From NCBI GenBank assembly GCA_965240325.2, contig OZ251245.1, forward strand, positions 1,302,001-1,366,000: 64,000 nucleotides of DNA. Direction: 5' to 3'. Positions within the stretch are counted from its first letter, which is position 1; each line of letters opens with the position of its first letter. This DNA is from Rebecca billardiae RCC1528. Its lineage: Eukaryota > Protista > Haptophyta. The notes under the pieces were generated by a model. The model was given only the letters and a program-made list of their open reading frames with translations, did no database searches and was not told the DNA's origin. The translations under genes were made by a program, and so were the position numbers. Below are positions 1-11,815 of this stretch, in pieces.

Positions 1-894
1 GGCGCACGCCTCGAGCGCCTCGCCGTACAGCCGGACGGCGGCGGAGACCTGGTTCACGCGCAGCGCGCGCGCCGCCTGCTCGCACTTGGCGTGCAGCTCC
101 CCGCAGCGCGCCTTCTCCTCGTCCACAATGGACGCCACGGACGAGGCCATGCCCGACTGCGCCGCGTCGACCGCCGCGCCCTTGGCGGCGAGCTCGGCCT
201 CGCCGGCGCCGAGGGCGGACCTCGCGGCCTGGTACGACTGCTGCGCGGCCTCCGCCGCGCGCCGAGCCTCGTCGAGCCGCGCCTGATTCGCCGCGAGCTC
301 GCGCTTCCCCGCCTCGAGCTTGGCGGCGAGCTCGGACAGCGGAGGGTCGGGCGGCGCGCTCGCGGCAGCGCCGGCGGTCGTCGCTGCGCGCTGCGCCGTG
401 GCGCCCGCGCCCGCGGCGGCGGGGCCGCCGAGCAGCTTGCGCATGAGCGCCTCCGGGTCGTTCTGCGCCATCAGCGCCTCAAGCTCCGCGCGCGGCAGCC
501 CCGAGCTCGCCTGCAGGTGCTGCACCAGCTGCTCGGGAGACCGCACGTCCTCGAGCGCGCGCAGCTGCGCGTCCAGCGCCTTGCGCCGCGCGTCGAGCGC
601 GGCGGCGGCGGGCTGGGCGGCGGCGTCCGGAGGGATCCCGAGCGCCGACGCGGCCTCGACGAACGCGCGCGCGTCCGCCTCGCCCCCGCCTGCGCCTGCG
701 GCCGCCTGCGCGCGGCTGAGCGCGGCGAGCACGTCCGCGGGCGGACGCGCGGGCGCCTCGTCCGCCACGCCGGCGGCGGCGGCGATCTCCTCGAAGCGGG
801 AGTAGTCCAGGGCGCTGGCCGCCTTCCGGCCGCCGCCGCCGCGCCGCGCGTTCCCACTGCTCGCCCGCAGCCACTCGTCCCGTGCCGTGGGCAT
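1..894 (-). CDS. 5' part of a coiled-coil/TPR-like protein (runs off the window start)
   Basis: Manual translation from ATG at 894: MPTARDEWLRASSGNARRGGGGRKAASALDYSRFEEI...LDARRKALDAQLRALEDV...CEQAARALRVNQVSAAVRLYGEALEAC. I saw no stop before position 1, which explains its absence from the ORF track. Codons are strongly GC3-biased and the last segment looks like a TPR helix pair. Confidence 0.7.
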   Translation of the reverse strand, partial: MPTARDEWLRASSGNARRGGGGRKAASALDYSRFEEIAAAAGVADEAPARPPADVLAALSRAQAAAGAGGGEADARAFVEAASALGIPPDAAAQPAAAALDARRKALDAQLRALEDVRSPEQLVQHLQASSGLPRAELEALMAQNDPEALMRKLLGGPAAAGAGATAQRAATTAGAAASAPPDPPLSELAAKLEAGKRELAANQARLDEARRAAEAAQQSYQAARSALGAGEAELAAKGAAVDAAQSGMASSVASIVDEEKARCGELHAKCEQAARALRVNQVSAAVRLYGEALEACA

Positions 895-1348
895 CCCTTG
901 CCGTTGGGGCCGATGGCGGTTGGCGTTGGGCTGCTGACGCCCGCTGCGCAGGAGCGCTGATGCAACACGGCGAGGCGAGAGTCAAGACATCAATCATGAT
1001 CATCGCGTTCGTCGTCCCAACGAGTGATACTGTACACAAAAGTCTCGTGACGGCGGTGGTCAGCCGACTGTCGTCATGGGCGCCTCAATACCGTATCGTC
1101 AGTCACTCATCAGCGGGAGACCGTCGTTATTAGCATCGACCTGAAACTCCGTTACCATCATGCACTCGTCACTGATCGTCGCCTGATCGGGTCCGAGTCC
1201 GCCGCCGCGCGCGACACGACGACTTACGCCCCGTGTCGTCGCATCGGCTGCGGCGGCGACGACGCAGCGAGGGCCCGCCTCGCGCCCGAGCGCTCGGCCA
1301 GCTCCCCGCCCCGTCGCCCCGGCCCCGCGCGCGCCGCGCCGCGCCCGC

Positions 1349-2392
1349 TTACTTGAGCAGCATGCCGCCGAGGCCGGCGTCGACCGTCTCCAGGAAGGGC
1401 GTGCCCGACGCAACCGACGAGATCACGACCGAGATCAGGCCGAGCATCGCGAGGCGGCCGTTGAGGATCTCGGCGGCCGGGGTGAGGCCGGCCTCGAGGG
1501 GCGGGAAGAGGCCGTACGCCTGCTCGTCCGCCTCGCTGGCCTTCATGTTCAGCGTGAGCTTGTCCGAGAACGGGAAGGGCGCGAGCGCGGACGCCACGCT
1601 CACCATCAGCGCGTGCACGTGGGCAATCAGGATGATCGCACGGCCCTTGGTGATGGCGCCGGTGCCCGTCGCGGCGAGCGGGCCCCACACCGACAGGTCC
1701 AGCGGCGTGTCCGCGTCCGGGATCAGCCCTGCGCGCGCCGAGACGCCGAGCGGGCACGCGACGATCCGCGGCGCGAGAGCGAGCGAGCGCGCGCGCACAC
1801 ACGCACACGCCGAGGGGGAGGCACGCGGCACGCGATCAGCATGGGCGGCAGGCAGCGCGCGGCGGCGCTGGCCGGGGTGCGCGACGACCCCGGGTGGGCC
1901 CGGGTGCGCACACGCCGGCTCGATGCGCATGCCGCCCACCCTGAGCGCTCCTGCCCAGGCGCTGACAGCCGTTGGTCCGGCTGCGTGCCGTGAAGTCGCG
2001 CGGCGCGCGCAGCAGCATGCGCACGCGCGCACCGTGCGACTGCGCATAGCCCGTCGCAATGATCGCCGCCCAGCCGAACATGGCGTGGCGGCCGTTCCAG
2101 CGCTCGGCCTTGGTGGTGGGACCAAAGCCGCGCTTGAAGAACTCCGGGAAGTCATCCGCGAACGAGCCCACCGCGCTGTCGAAGCCGGACATCGGAATTT
2201 GCGCGTGGACGTCCGCGCGCGGCGCCGCAGCGCGCATCGCCGACGGGCGTGCGGCCGAGTACGACAGAGCGGTGAGTGCCAGGACCTGCACGGCGCGCGG
2301 CGGGTCGTGCGCCAGCCGAGAGAGGCGTCAGCTCGCCGCGCCGAGCGCGCGCCGTGTCGCGCACGCATCGGCCTTGGGCTCACCTGCATCAT
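1349..2392 (-). CDS. RedCAP: RedCAP, red-lineage chlorophyll a/b-binding-like (LHC-like) protein; exons 2392-2384, 2285-2033, 1728-1349
   Basis: Two LHC motifs (AERWNGRHAMFGW; AEILNGRLAMLG) plus the RedCAP-type linker GLIPDADTPLDLSVWGPLA...RAIILIAHVHAL. GT-AG introns 2383-2286 and 2032-1729 join the frames. N-terminal signal + transit-like presequence. Confidence 0.9.
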   Translation of the reverse strand: MMQVSPRPMRARHGARSARRADASLGWRTTRRAPCRSWHSPLCRTRPHARRRCALRRRARTSTRKFRCPASTARWARSRMTSRSSSSAALVPPPRPSAGTAATPCSAGRRSLRRAMRSRTVRACACCCARRATSRHAAGPTAVSAWAGALRVGGMRIEPACAHPGPPGVVAHPGQRRRALPAAHADRVPRASPSACACVRARSLALAPRIVACPLGVSARAGLIPDADTPLDLSVWGPLAATGTGAITKGRAIILIAHVHALMVSVASALAPFPFSDKLTLNMKASEADEQAYGLFPPLEAGLTPAAEILNGRLAMLGLISVVISSVASGTPFLETVDAGLGGMLLK

Positions 2393-2698
2393 GATGGTGA
2401 TGCTGTGTTTTGGCTCGTTTAATTCCGCACAGAGCTCCCGGACTTGTTCGCAAGCCGCTGCGAGGCTGCGCGCTTCGAGTCGGCTCAGAAGAGAGTCCGG
2501 CCACGGCACGGGGCGGCCGGACGAACGTCGGCTGGTGGGCGCCATCGAGACGGGCAGACGGCAGGGTTGGCCCTGTCGCGAGGCGCCGCTCGGTGACGCA
2601 CACGGCTTCCGCCGCACCCTCCAGAGCAGCAGCGCCCGCGGGCGCGCGCGCCGCGTGGACGGGAGCGTGCGCAGGGCGCGCGGCGGGCAGCTGCGCAC

Positions 2699-5600
2699 AT
2701 GTCCGACGTGGACGCCGAGATCGAGCGCGCGCGCGCCGAGCGCGCCAACGCCGCCGCGGCGCAGGCGTTTGGCGTCGCGGATGACGAGGACGAGTTCTAC
2801 GGCGGCGGCGGCCGGCCGACGCGCGCCGAGATGGAGGCGGCGATCGGCGGCGAGGACGGCGGCGGGGCGAACGGCGCGGCGCCGGACGCGCCTTCTGGCC
2901 CGACCGGCGCGCGCCGCACCTTCACCGCGCCGCAGCACCTGCTCGACGAGCTGCCGACCGACGGCGACGGCGCGGACGGCGCCGATGCCGACCCGTTTGC
3001 GGCGCACCGCGCGCCGACAATCAACGAGCGGTACGACGAGTACAAGCGGCGTGGGCGCGAGCGCGTGCTCTCGCCCGAGCGCGTCGACGCGTTCGCCGGC
3101 GCGCCCGGCCAGCCCGCCGCCTCCGTGCGCACGTACAAGGACGTGATGGCGGAGGCGGCGGTCGAGCGCGAGGCGGCAGCGCTCAAGCGCGCGGCAGAGG
3201 AGCAGGCGAAGGAGGGCGGCGGCGCGGGCGCGGCGGGCGCGCGGAAGCGGCGGCGGTGGGACCTAGGCGCGCCCAACGCCGCGGCCGCCTCCGAGTGGGA
3301 GGCGCCCGAGGGGCCGCTCGCCGCGGCCGGCGGCGGCGGCGGCGGCGGCGCGGCCGGCGGCGGCGGCGCGTCCAAGTGGGACGCGACGCCCACGCCAGGC
3401 CGCGCGCCGACGGCGTCGGCGGCGGCGTCGGCGGCGGCGGTCGGCGGCGCGGGCGGGGCGTGCGCGTCGGCGTGGGACGCCACGCCCACGCCGGGCCGCG
3501 CCGCGCTCGGCGCCGCCGCCAGCGGCCCGCTGGCCGGCGGCTCGAAGTGGGACGCGGCGCCGACACCCGGCCGCGCGGTCGACGGCACTCCGATGCCGAT
3601 GCCGATGGGAGGGGCGGCGGGCGGCGCGCCGTCGACGTGGGACGCGACGCCGACGCCCGGCCGCGTGGCGCAGCCGTCGTCGTGGGACGCCACGCCCACG
3701 CCCGGCCGCGCGCCCGTCGCCTCCAAGTGGGACGCGGCGCCCACGCCCGGCCGCGCGCCGCCGGGCGCGGGCGGCGCGGCCGCGCTCGCGCCGGGCGCCT
3801 CCAAGTGGGACGCGACGCCCACGCCCGCCGCGCTCGGCGCGGGCGGCGTGGGCGGCGCGGCGGCGGGCGCGTCCAAGTGGGACGCGACGCCCACGCCCGC
3901 CGCGCTCGGCGCGGGCGGCGTGGGCGGCGCGGCGCCGGGCGCGTCCAAGTGGGACGCGACGCCCACGCCCGCCGCGCTCGGCGCGGGCGGCGCGTGCGCG
4001 AGCGCGGCCGCGAGCGCGGCCGGCGGCGCGTGCGTGTCCAAGTGGGACGCGACGCCGACGCCGGGCGGCGCGCAGCTCGGCGCCGCGTCGTCCGCGGGCG
4101 GCGGCGCGCGCTCGCGCTGGGACGACACGCCGCTCGGCCCGTCCGCCGCGTGCGCCGCCGCGTCCGCGTGCGGCGCCACGCCCGCGGGCTGCGGCGCGTT
4201 TGGGTGTACGCCGGCGCCCGGGTGCGGCGCGTCCCTGGCGTCGCTGTATGGCGTGGGCGGCGCGACGCCGCTGGGCGGCGCGGCGGCGTGCGCGGCGACG
4301 CCGAAGGGGCCGATCGACGCGGCCACCCCGCTCGTGCACGGCCTCGGCCTCGCCGCCGCCGCCGCCGCCGGCGGCGCCACCCCCGAGCTCGCCGCGGCCG
4401 CGCGCTGGGAGTCTGAAATGGACGAGCGCAACCGGCCTCTCTCCGACGCCGACCTCGACGCCATCTTCCCCGCGGCGGGGTACAAGGTGCTCAAGCCGCC
4501 CGAGTCGTACGTGCCGATCCGCACGCCGGCGCGCAAGCTCGCCGCGACGCCGCTCGGCGAGGGCGGTGCCTCCGCCGCCGGCTTCGCGCTGCCCGCCGAG
4601 GGCGGGCCGAGCGGCGCGGCCGCCGCGTCCGCGTACGGGCTGCCGCCGGGCGCGGACGAGGCGGCGGCGGCGGCGGGTCTGCCGTTCAGCAAGCCGGAGG
4701 ACTACCAGCACTTCGGCGCGCTGCTGCGAGCGGACGACGAGGGGACGCTCACCGCCGACGAGCTGCGCGAGCGGCGCATCATGAAGCTGCTGCTGCGCAT
4801 CAAGAACGGCACGCCGCCGCAGCGCAAGGCCGCGCTGCGCACGATCACCGAGCGCGCGCGCGAGTTTGGCGCGGGCGCGCTCTTCAACCAGATCCTGCCG
4901 CTGCTGATGTCGCCGACGCTGGAGGACCAGGAGCGGCACCTGCTGGTGAAGGTGATCGACCGCGTGCTGTACAAGCTCGACGAGCTCGTCCGGCCGTACG
5001 TGCACAAGATCCTCGTCGTGATCGAGCCGCTGCTGATCGAGGAGGACTACTACGCACGCGTCGAGGGGCGCGAGATCGTGAGCAACCTCGCCAAGGCGGC
5101 GGGGCTGGCGACGATGATCGCGACGATGCGGCCGGACATCGACAACGTGGACGAGTACGTGCGGAACACCACCGCGCGCGCCTTCTCCGTCGTCGCCTCC
5201 GCGCTCGGCATCCCCGCGCTCCTGCCCTTCCTGCGCGCGGTGTGCGCCTCAAAGAAGTCGTGGCAGGCGCGACACACCGGCGTCAAGGTGGTGCAGCAGG
5301 TGGCGATCCTGATGGGGTGCAGCGTGCTGCCGCACCTGCGCGCGCTGGTGGAGGCGGTGGAGCACGGGCTGGTGGACGAGCAGCCCAAGGTGCGCACCAT
5401 CACCGCCCTCGCCATCGGCGCGCTCGCCGAGGCCTCCGCCCCGTACGGCATCGAGGCGTTCGACTCGGTGCTCAAGCCGCTGTGGAAGGGGATCAGGCAG
5501 CACCGCGGCAAGGGCCTCGCCGCCTTCCTCAAGGCGATCGGCTTCATCATCCCGCTGATGGACGCGGAGTACGCGTCGTACTACACGAAGGAGGTGATGA

Positions 5601-7545
5601 TCACGCTCGTCCGCGAGTTCGCCTCGCCCGACGACGAGATGAAGAAGATCGTGCTCAAGGTGGTGCGGCAGTGCGTGCACACGGACGGCGTCACGCCCGA
5701 GTACGTGCGCGCCGAGATCGTGCCAGATTTCTTCCGCCACTTCTGGGTGCGGCGGATGGCGCTGGACCGGCGGAACTACCGGCAGCTGGTGGAGACGACG
5801 GTGGAGGTGGCGGTGAAGGTGGGCGCGGCCGAGGTCGTCGGCCGCATCGTCGACGACCTCAAGGACGAGTCCGAGCCGTACCGCAAGATGGCGCTCGAGA
5901 CGGTGCACCTCGTGCTCGCCAAGCTGAGCGCGGCGGACGTGGACGCGCGCCTCGAGGAGCAGCTGGTGGACGGGCTGATCTACGTGTTCCAGGAGCAGAC
6001 GGCGGCGGGGGACGACGCGCCCGAGGCGGGCGGCGGCGCCGCCGACGCCGACCGGCGCGACTCCTCCGCCTCGGTCGTGCTCTCCGCCTTCGGCTCAGTG
6101 ATCGCGCAGCTGGGCACGCGCGCGCGGCCCTACCTGCCGCAGATTGCCGGCACGATCAAGTGGCGGCTCAACAACCGCTCCGCCAAGGTGCGGCAGCAGG
6201 CGGCGGACCTGATCGCGCGGATCGCGCCGGTGATGAAGGCGTGCGACGCGGAGGGCATGCTCGGCCACCTCGGCGTCGTCCTCTACGAGTACCTCGGCGA
6301 GGAGTACCCCGACGTGCTCGGCTCGATCCTGGGCGGGCTGAAGGGCATCGTGAACGTGATCGGGATGCACAAGATGACTCCGCCCATCAAGGACCTGCTG
6401 CCGCGCCTCACGCCCGTGCTCAAGAACCGGCACGAGAAGGTGCAGGAGAACGCGATCGACCTGGTCGGCCGCATCGCCGACCGCGGCGCCGAGTACGTCT
6501 CCGCGCGCGAGTGGATGCGCATCTGCTTCGAGCTGCTCGAGCTGCTCAACGCGCACAAGAAAGGCATCCGGCGCGCGGCCGTGAACACGTTTGGGTACAT
6601 CGCAAAGGCGATCGGGCCGCAGGACGTGCTCGCGACGCTGCTGAACAACCTCAAGGTGCGCGCCGCCGGCGCACCGCCGGCGCGCCGACGCGCGCGCGCG
6701 CCGCGCGCCGCGCCGCACCGCGCACCGCCGCCGCCGCCGCCCGCTCACGCCGCGCCCGCGCCCGCGCCCGCGCCCTGCCCGCGGCGCCCTGCGCGCGCGC
6801 GCGCCCTGCGCCGCACCGCGCCGCCGCGCACCGGCGCGCGCTGCAGGTGCAAGAGCGGCAGAACCGCGTGTGCACCGCCATCGCCATCGCCATCGTCGCC
6901 GAGTCGTGCGCGCCGTTCACGGTGATCCCCGGGCTGATGAACGAGTACCGCATCCCCGAGCTCAACGTGCAGAACGGCGTGCTCAAGGCCTTCTCCTTCC
7001 TCTTTGAATACATCGGCGAGATGGGCCGAGATTACCTGTACGCGGCGCTGCCGATGCTGGAGGACGCGCTCACCGACCGCGACCTGGTGCACAGGCAGAC
7101 GGCGTGCACGATCACCAAGCACATGGCGCTCGGCGTGGCGGGGCTCGGGTGCGAGGACGGGCTGCGCCACCTGCTCAACCTCGTCTGGCCCAACATCTTC
7201 GAGACCTCGCCGCACGTCGTGAACGCGGTCACGGACGCGATCGACGGCATCCGCGCCTCGTGCGGCGGCGCGCTCATCCTGAGCTACCTGCTCGCCGGGC
7301 TGTTCCACCCGGCGCGCCGCGTGCGCGAGACGTACTGGCGGCTGTACAACAGCCTGTACATCGGCGCGCAGGAGGCGCTCGTCGCGGCGTACCCGCGCCT
7401 GCCCGAGGAGGACGCGCAGGTCGCCGCGCGCGTCGCCGAGAAGGCCAAGCGCGTGCCGGGCGCGGACAAGTTTGTGCCGGAGGTGGCGCCGCCGCCCAAG
7501 GGCGCGGTGCGGTACGCGCGCACGCACCTCGAGCTCTTCGTCTGA
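2699..7545 (+). CDS. SF3B1: Splicing factor 3B subunit 1 (U2 snRNP), ~1551 aa; exons 2699-6655, 6847-7545
   Basis: Highly conserved HEAT region ([56 protein letters not shown]|[20 protein letters not shown]). Intron 6656-6846 (GTGCG...GCAG) restores the frame. Confidence 0.97.
3800..3995 (+). repeat. 72-nt coding tandem repeat (about 2.7 copies) in the SF3B1 N-terminus
   Basis: tccaagtgggacgcgacgcccacgcccgccgcgctcggcgcgggcggc begins at 3800, 3872 and 3944. Confidence 0.9.
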
Positions 7546-8384
7546 GGCCGGCGGGCACGCGCGCGCGGGCGCGCCGCCGTGCCGGGCGCGCGGGCAGCTG
7601 CCGCCGCCGCTGCTCGACAGCAGCGACGCGCTTCGGGCTGCCGCGCGCAATGCCAATGGCGTGAGCCACGACGCGCGGCTGCGAGTGCGCCATCCGCGGG
7701 CCACGTCCACGCACGGCCCGCACGGTGGGTCGTCACAGCATCATCATATATCAGTAGGCGGATCGTAGTCGCGATCGTCATATCATATACATCATGTATA
7801 TATATATAGCTTATAATAATATTAATTATAAATAAATAATTACTATATATATATATGACCGCGTTCCGCGGTCCTTCCGTAGAACCAACGTAGTTAGAGG
7901 CCCGCGGTGCACCCTCCGTTGCGCCTCGTGCCGGCAGAGCGAGAGCGCGCGCCACTGCTGCGGCCCCGCCCCCCGGGCCCGTGCGCTCACTCACGGCGCT
8001 GCGCAGCCGCGCACCGAGAGGCGAGACCGAGCGCGGAGCTCGGGGTGGAACGAGGCGAGCGGCGGGTCGCGCCTGCCGCCGCGCGTGCGCGCCTGCTCAC
8101 CACCGCGCCACCGTGCAGCGTGCTCGCCCGCCGCCTCCTCCGCCGCGTCGGCCTCGAAGCAGCGGCGGCCAGCCAGCCGACAGAGGCTGAGCCCGTGCGT
8201 GCTCACTCACCCGGCGCGGTGGCGCCCTCGAGTCGACGGCCGTCTACTCCACAGCTGGCTGCTCGAGCTGCTGCACGGGGCGTCGCGACGAGGGCGCCGC
8301 GCGCGCCCAGCCAGCGCGTCCGTCGCCGCGTCGCGCACGGCGCAGCGCGTCGAGCTCGGCGCCGCGCTTCCGGGCCAGCTCGGC

Positions 8385-8860
8385 GCCCAGCGCCTGCGCG
8401 CGCACGTGCTCCGATGCACGTCGCCCGAGTCAGCTGGGCGCCCGGCTGCGCGACCGAACGGGAACCGGCGCGCGTTCCACGACTGTCACTGCTCCTGCTC
8501 GTCCTCACGCTGCTGCACCTCCACGCCGCCGTCGACCGAGTTGCTAAGGAGGAGCTCGCGCTCGACGTCACGAGGAGCGAGCTCGCGTGCTCGAGCTCGC
8601 CCTTCAGCCGCGCTAGCTCCGCCCAGCGCCTGCGCGCGCACGTGCTCGGCGCGATGCACGGCCCGAGTCAGCTGGGCGCCCGGCTGCGCGACCGAACGGG
8701 AACCGGCGCGCGTTCCACGACTGTCACTGCTCCTGCTCGTCCTCACGCTGCTGCACCTCCACGCCGCCGTCGACCGAGTTGCTAAGGAGGAGCTCGCGCT
8801 CGACGTCACGAGGAGCGCGGCTCGCGTGCTCGAGCTCGCCCTTCAGCCGCGCTAGCTCCG
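8385..8860. repeat. Tandem duplication, ~237-bp unit x2
   Basis: gcccagcgcctgcgcgcgcacgtgctc...cttcagccgcgctagctcc occurs twice back-to-back with few differences. Confidence 0.9.
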
Positions 8861-9120
8861 GGCGCATCCGTTGCGTGCTCGCGGCGCGCTCCTCCTCTAG
8901 CAACGAACGAGCTTACGCGTAGTGCTCCGGACTCGGCTCGCCCTTGCGCGCTCCTCCTCGAGCGACGAACGCGCCCGCGCGGGCAGAGCCCGCGCCCGGG
9001 TAAAAAACCTGGCTGTGTTCGGCCTCGGCCCTCGGGCCGCCATCCAATACCGGGTGCCGTTCGTCATAGTTCAGACTCGGCCAATCGGCAATCGGATGCG
9101 ACGCATCATACTCGCCGGGA

Positions 9121-9360
9121 GCGCAAAGCTTCGTCGTCAGTAAAGTTGAGTACTTGACGGATTTTTGTTAGGACCTCCATGCATCACTGCGCTTGGGTCT
9201 CGTCCCATTTGGCAGCGCGCAAAGGTTCGTCGTTAGTAAAGTTGAGTAATTTGGCAGCGCGCAAACGTTCGTCGTTAGTAAAGTTGAGTACTTGACGAGA
9301 CTTTTTGCCAGGAGCCCAGGACCTCCATCGCACGCGCTTGGGTCCTCGTCCTATTTGGCA
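9121..9360. repeat. Three copies of a ~35-bp motif plus a duplicated ~45-bp motif
   Basis: gcgcaaa.(g/c)ttcgtcgt(c/t)agtaaagttgagta at ~9121, ~9217, ~9259; aggacctccat...gcgcttgggtc...cgtcc.atttggca twice. Confidence 0.85.
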
Positions 9361-9735
9361 ACATTATGGTCGTATGAAGATTTACAACAAATCGCAGATT
9401 CGTTCACCCAGATATACTGACAAATGCACGTCCACAGGCTCACGTCCGTCCGTAGATACGGAATTGGAGCGGGCGCGGCTATTTCGTCAATCGAGTCTTG
9501 CTAATGCAAAGCAATGGGCCAATGTACCCCTCGAAAAAGCGAAAACTCACCCTCCAACAGCCCTCAAAATCGTCCCCCGTCCCCTTTTCTTTGATCAAAA
9601 GATCTTTTTGACAACGTAGTGAGGGCCCCCGGCGGGGCTCCACGCTACGCGCTCCGCCCTGCACCGCGGGCCATTAATTATTTATTTATAATTAATATTA
9701 TTATAAGCTATATATGTATATATATGTATATTATT

Positions 9736-9771
9736 ATAAACGCGTCTGCTCGAGCGAGCAGACGCGTTTAT
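9736..9771. other. Perfect 17-bp-stem palindrome/hairpin
   Basis: ataaacgcgtctgctcg-ag-cgagcagacgcgtttat. Confidence 0.9.
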
Positions 9772-10477
9772 TGATATATAGCTATCGTCATCGATCACGA
9801 TGACGACTGCTACTGCTGATGCTGATGATGCTGCTATTATATATGATAGATGATGATGAGCCGATGGCGCGCGTCACGACTCACGCGTGACGTGTCGGCG
9901 GCGCGCGAGTCGCGGCGCGCGTTCAGCGCGCGCCACGACTGATATTGAATGAATGCCATGAAGCTGTGACGACAGACGACGATGATGCCGATGGCGATGC
10001 GCGACGCCATGTTGTCATGCCGCAGGTTGATGCCGCCGCCGATGAGACCGAGTGATGAATGAATGACACGTTGCCACGTGACGATTCTCATCCTCGGACG
10101 GATGCTCCGCACGAGTGAGTGCCGTCCGCGAGGTGATGAAGAGATGCGATGAGGAGCGCCTCGGAGCGCGCGGCTAGGGTCGACATGCCGCGGTGCCCGG
10201 TGCGGACGGCGCGGCTCCGTGGCTGGACCGCCCATCGGCACCCACCACCGCCGCGGAGCCGGGAGCGGACCGCCGCGAGCGCGGTCGGCGGTCCGACGCG
10301 GCGGCCGGCCGTGCCGGCTTTGGCCGTGGTCGCTTGCCTTGCCCGCTGAGCCGCAGCTCGCTCCCGCGGCTACGTGCGCGCACCAGCATGCGCCCGCTGG
10401 CCGGGGGGGCGCGCCGCGGCCGGCGGCGGCGCCATGGCGTGGCAGCCCGTCGCACTCGCCCCCTCGTGCTGGGCGCG

Positions 10478-11481
10478 TCACAAGCAGGGCAGCATGCGCG
10501 CGAGCCAGCTGCCCTGCTGCGGCTTCTCAGCAGCGCGTGCACCGCCGACTGACTTGCGGTGAGTCCGCTGGTACGCCGCGCGCTCCTGGTCGATGGCGGG
10601 CTTCCGCGCCGGGTCGAGCAGGCTGTTCACGAGCGAGGCGTACTCGTACTCGTACCGCGCGAGGTCGTCCGCCTTCTTCTTGAAGACGGGCTCGGGCATG
10701 CCCATGCGGTCGCACGCCAGCGCGCGCTTGGCGTCGACCGACGGGCCGAGCCGGCGCAGCATGTGAGGGAAGTCGGACCAGGTGAACGACTTCATCATCT
10801 CCTGCTCGACCGGGCGGATCTCGTCGCGCTCGAACGCCCGCATCAGCTTGGGCAGCGTGTCCTCCTCCTCGTCCAGCAGGTGCGGCTCGATCAGCTCGCG
10901 GAATGTTCGGAGCTCCGGCTTGAGCGCGGCGCACGCGGCCGGCTCGCTCGCGGCCGCGACGAGCTTGTTGAGCGCGGTGAGGCTTGTGCTGAGGGCGCGG
11001 TGGTCCGCGACTATGTTATCGATGATCTCAACGCGCTCCTGCACCTTGGGGAAGAAGAGGCTGCGAGGTCGCAGGGGCGGGCGGGCGGGCGCCGCGACGG
11101 TGAGCGCACGCGCGCGCGGCCGAGCTCGCCGGCCGCGGCGATTCCAGCGGCGCCGTGGGGGCGGGCCCGCGCGCACTCTTCTTCGTGGCGGTGGTGGTGT
11201 ATGATGTATTCGGCCACGCGCGCCCACCACGCCACCAGGTACTCGTGCTCCCACGCCTCGACCGCGGCGGCGGCCGCGAGGCGCGCGACCACCTGCATCG
11301 TGTCCTCGAGGTCGGCGCGGATCGCGTCGTGGGAGAGGACCCAGCCGTTGTCCTTGGGCGCGGCCCAGTCGTTCCGCGGCTCCACGCGCCACTCCCGCTC
11401 GACCGGCGCGCTCTGGTGCTGCAGCGACGGCGGAGCCGCCTCGTTGGGCTTCGGGAGGCCCACCTCGAACTGCTCCCCCAT
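10478..11481 (-). CDS. Hemerythrin-like (HHE cation-binding) domain protein; exons 11481-11177, 11060-10478
   Basis: Ligand pattern SHDAIR...HHHRHEED|LFFP...DH...HLLDEEEDTLP. Intron 11176-11061 (GT-AG) joins HHRHEED to LFFP. Confidence 0.85.
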
Positions 11482-11815
11482 CCTGGCTGCTTGACTGAGT
11501 TGTAAGTTGTTGCTGTGTGCAGTGGCGCAGCGCGCGGCCGCGCGCTGCGCCGCTTGGCGAGCGCGGGTCTCCGGATGCAACGACGTGGCTTGTGATTGGC
11601 TGCTCGCTGCAAGGCGCGTACAGCGCGCCGAATCGCGGGCCGGAACAAGGGGGTTCTGATTGAACCCCCTTGGCCGGAACAACCGAAAGAGTCCGCGAAA
11701 GCGCATCCGTTGATGAATATGCTGTGCCCTGATTTCGATGACGCTCGCTCATATTCGTCGTTGAAAAAGCGCTTGGCCGCAATGCCGCCCGCATGCGCTT
11801 ACGGCGCGCGCGGCC

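Larger units (their letters stand above)
7802..9715. mobile_element. Non-autonomous TIR-bounded element within (TA)n sequence
   Basis: Perfect 41-bp inverted repeat 7802-7842 / 9675-9715, an inner 13-bp inverted pair GGCCCGCGGTGCA 7899-7911 / 9660-9672, internal duplications, and no transposase ORF. Confidence 0.75.

Noticed and set aside
9121-9360. Possible CRISPR-like repeat-spacer pattern
   Set aside because: Only three copies with irregular spacing, and the intervening sequences are themselves duplicated; internal to a TIR element.
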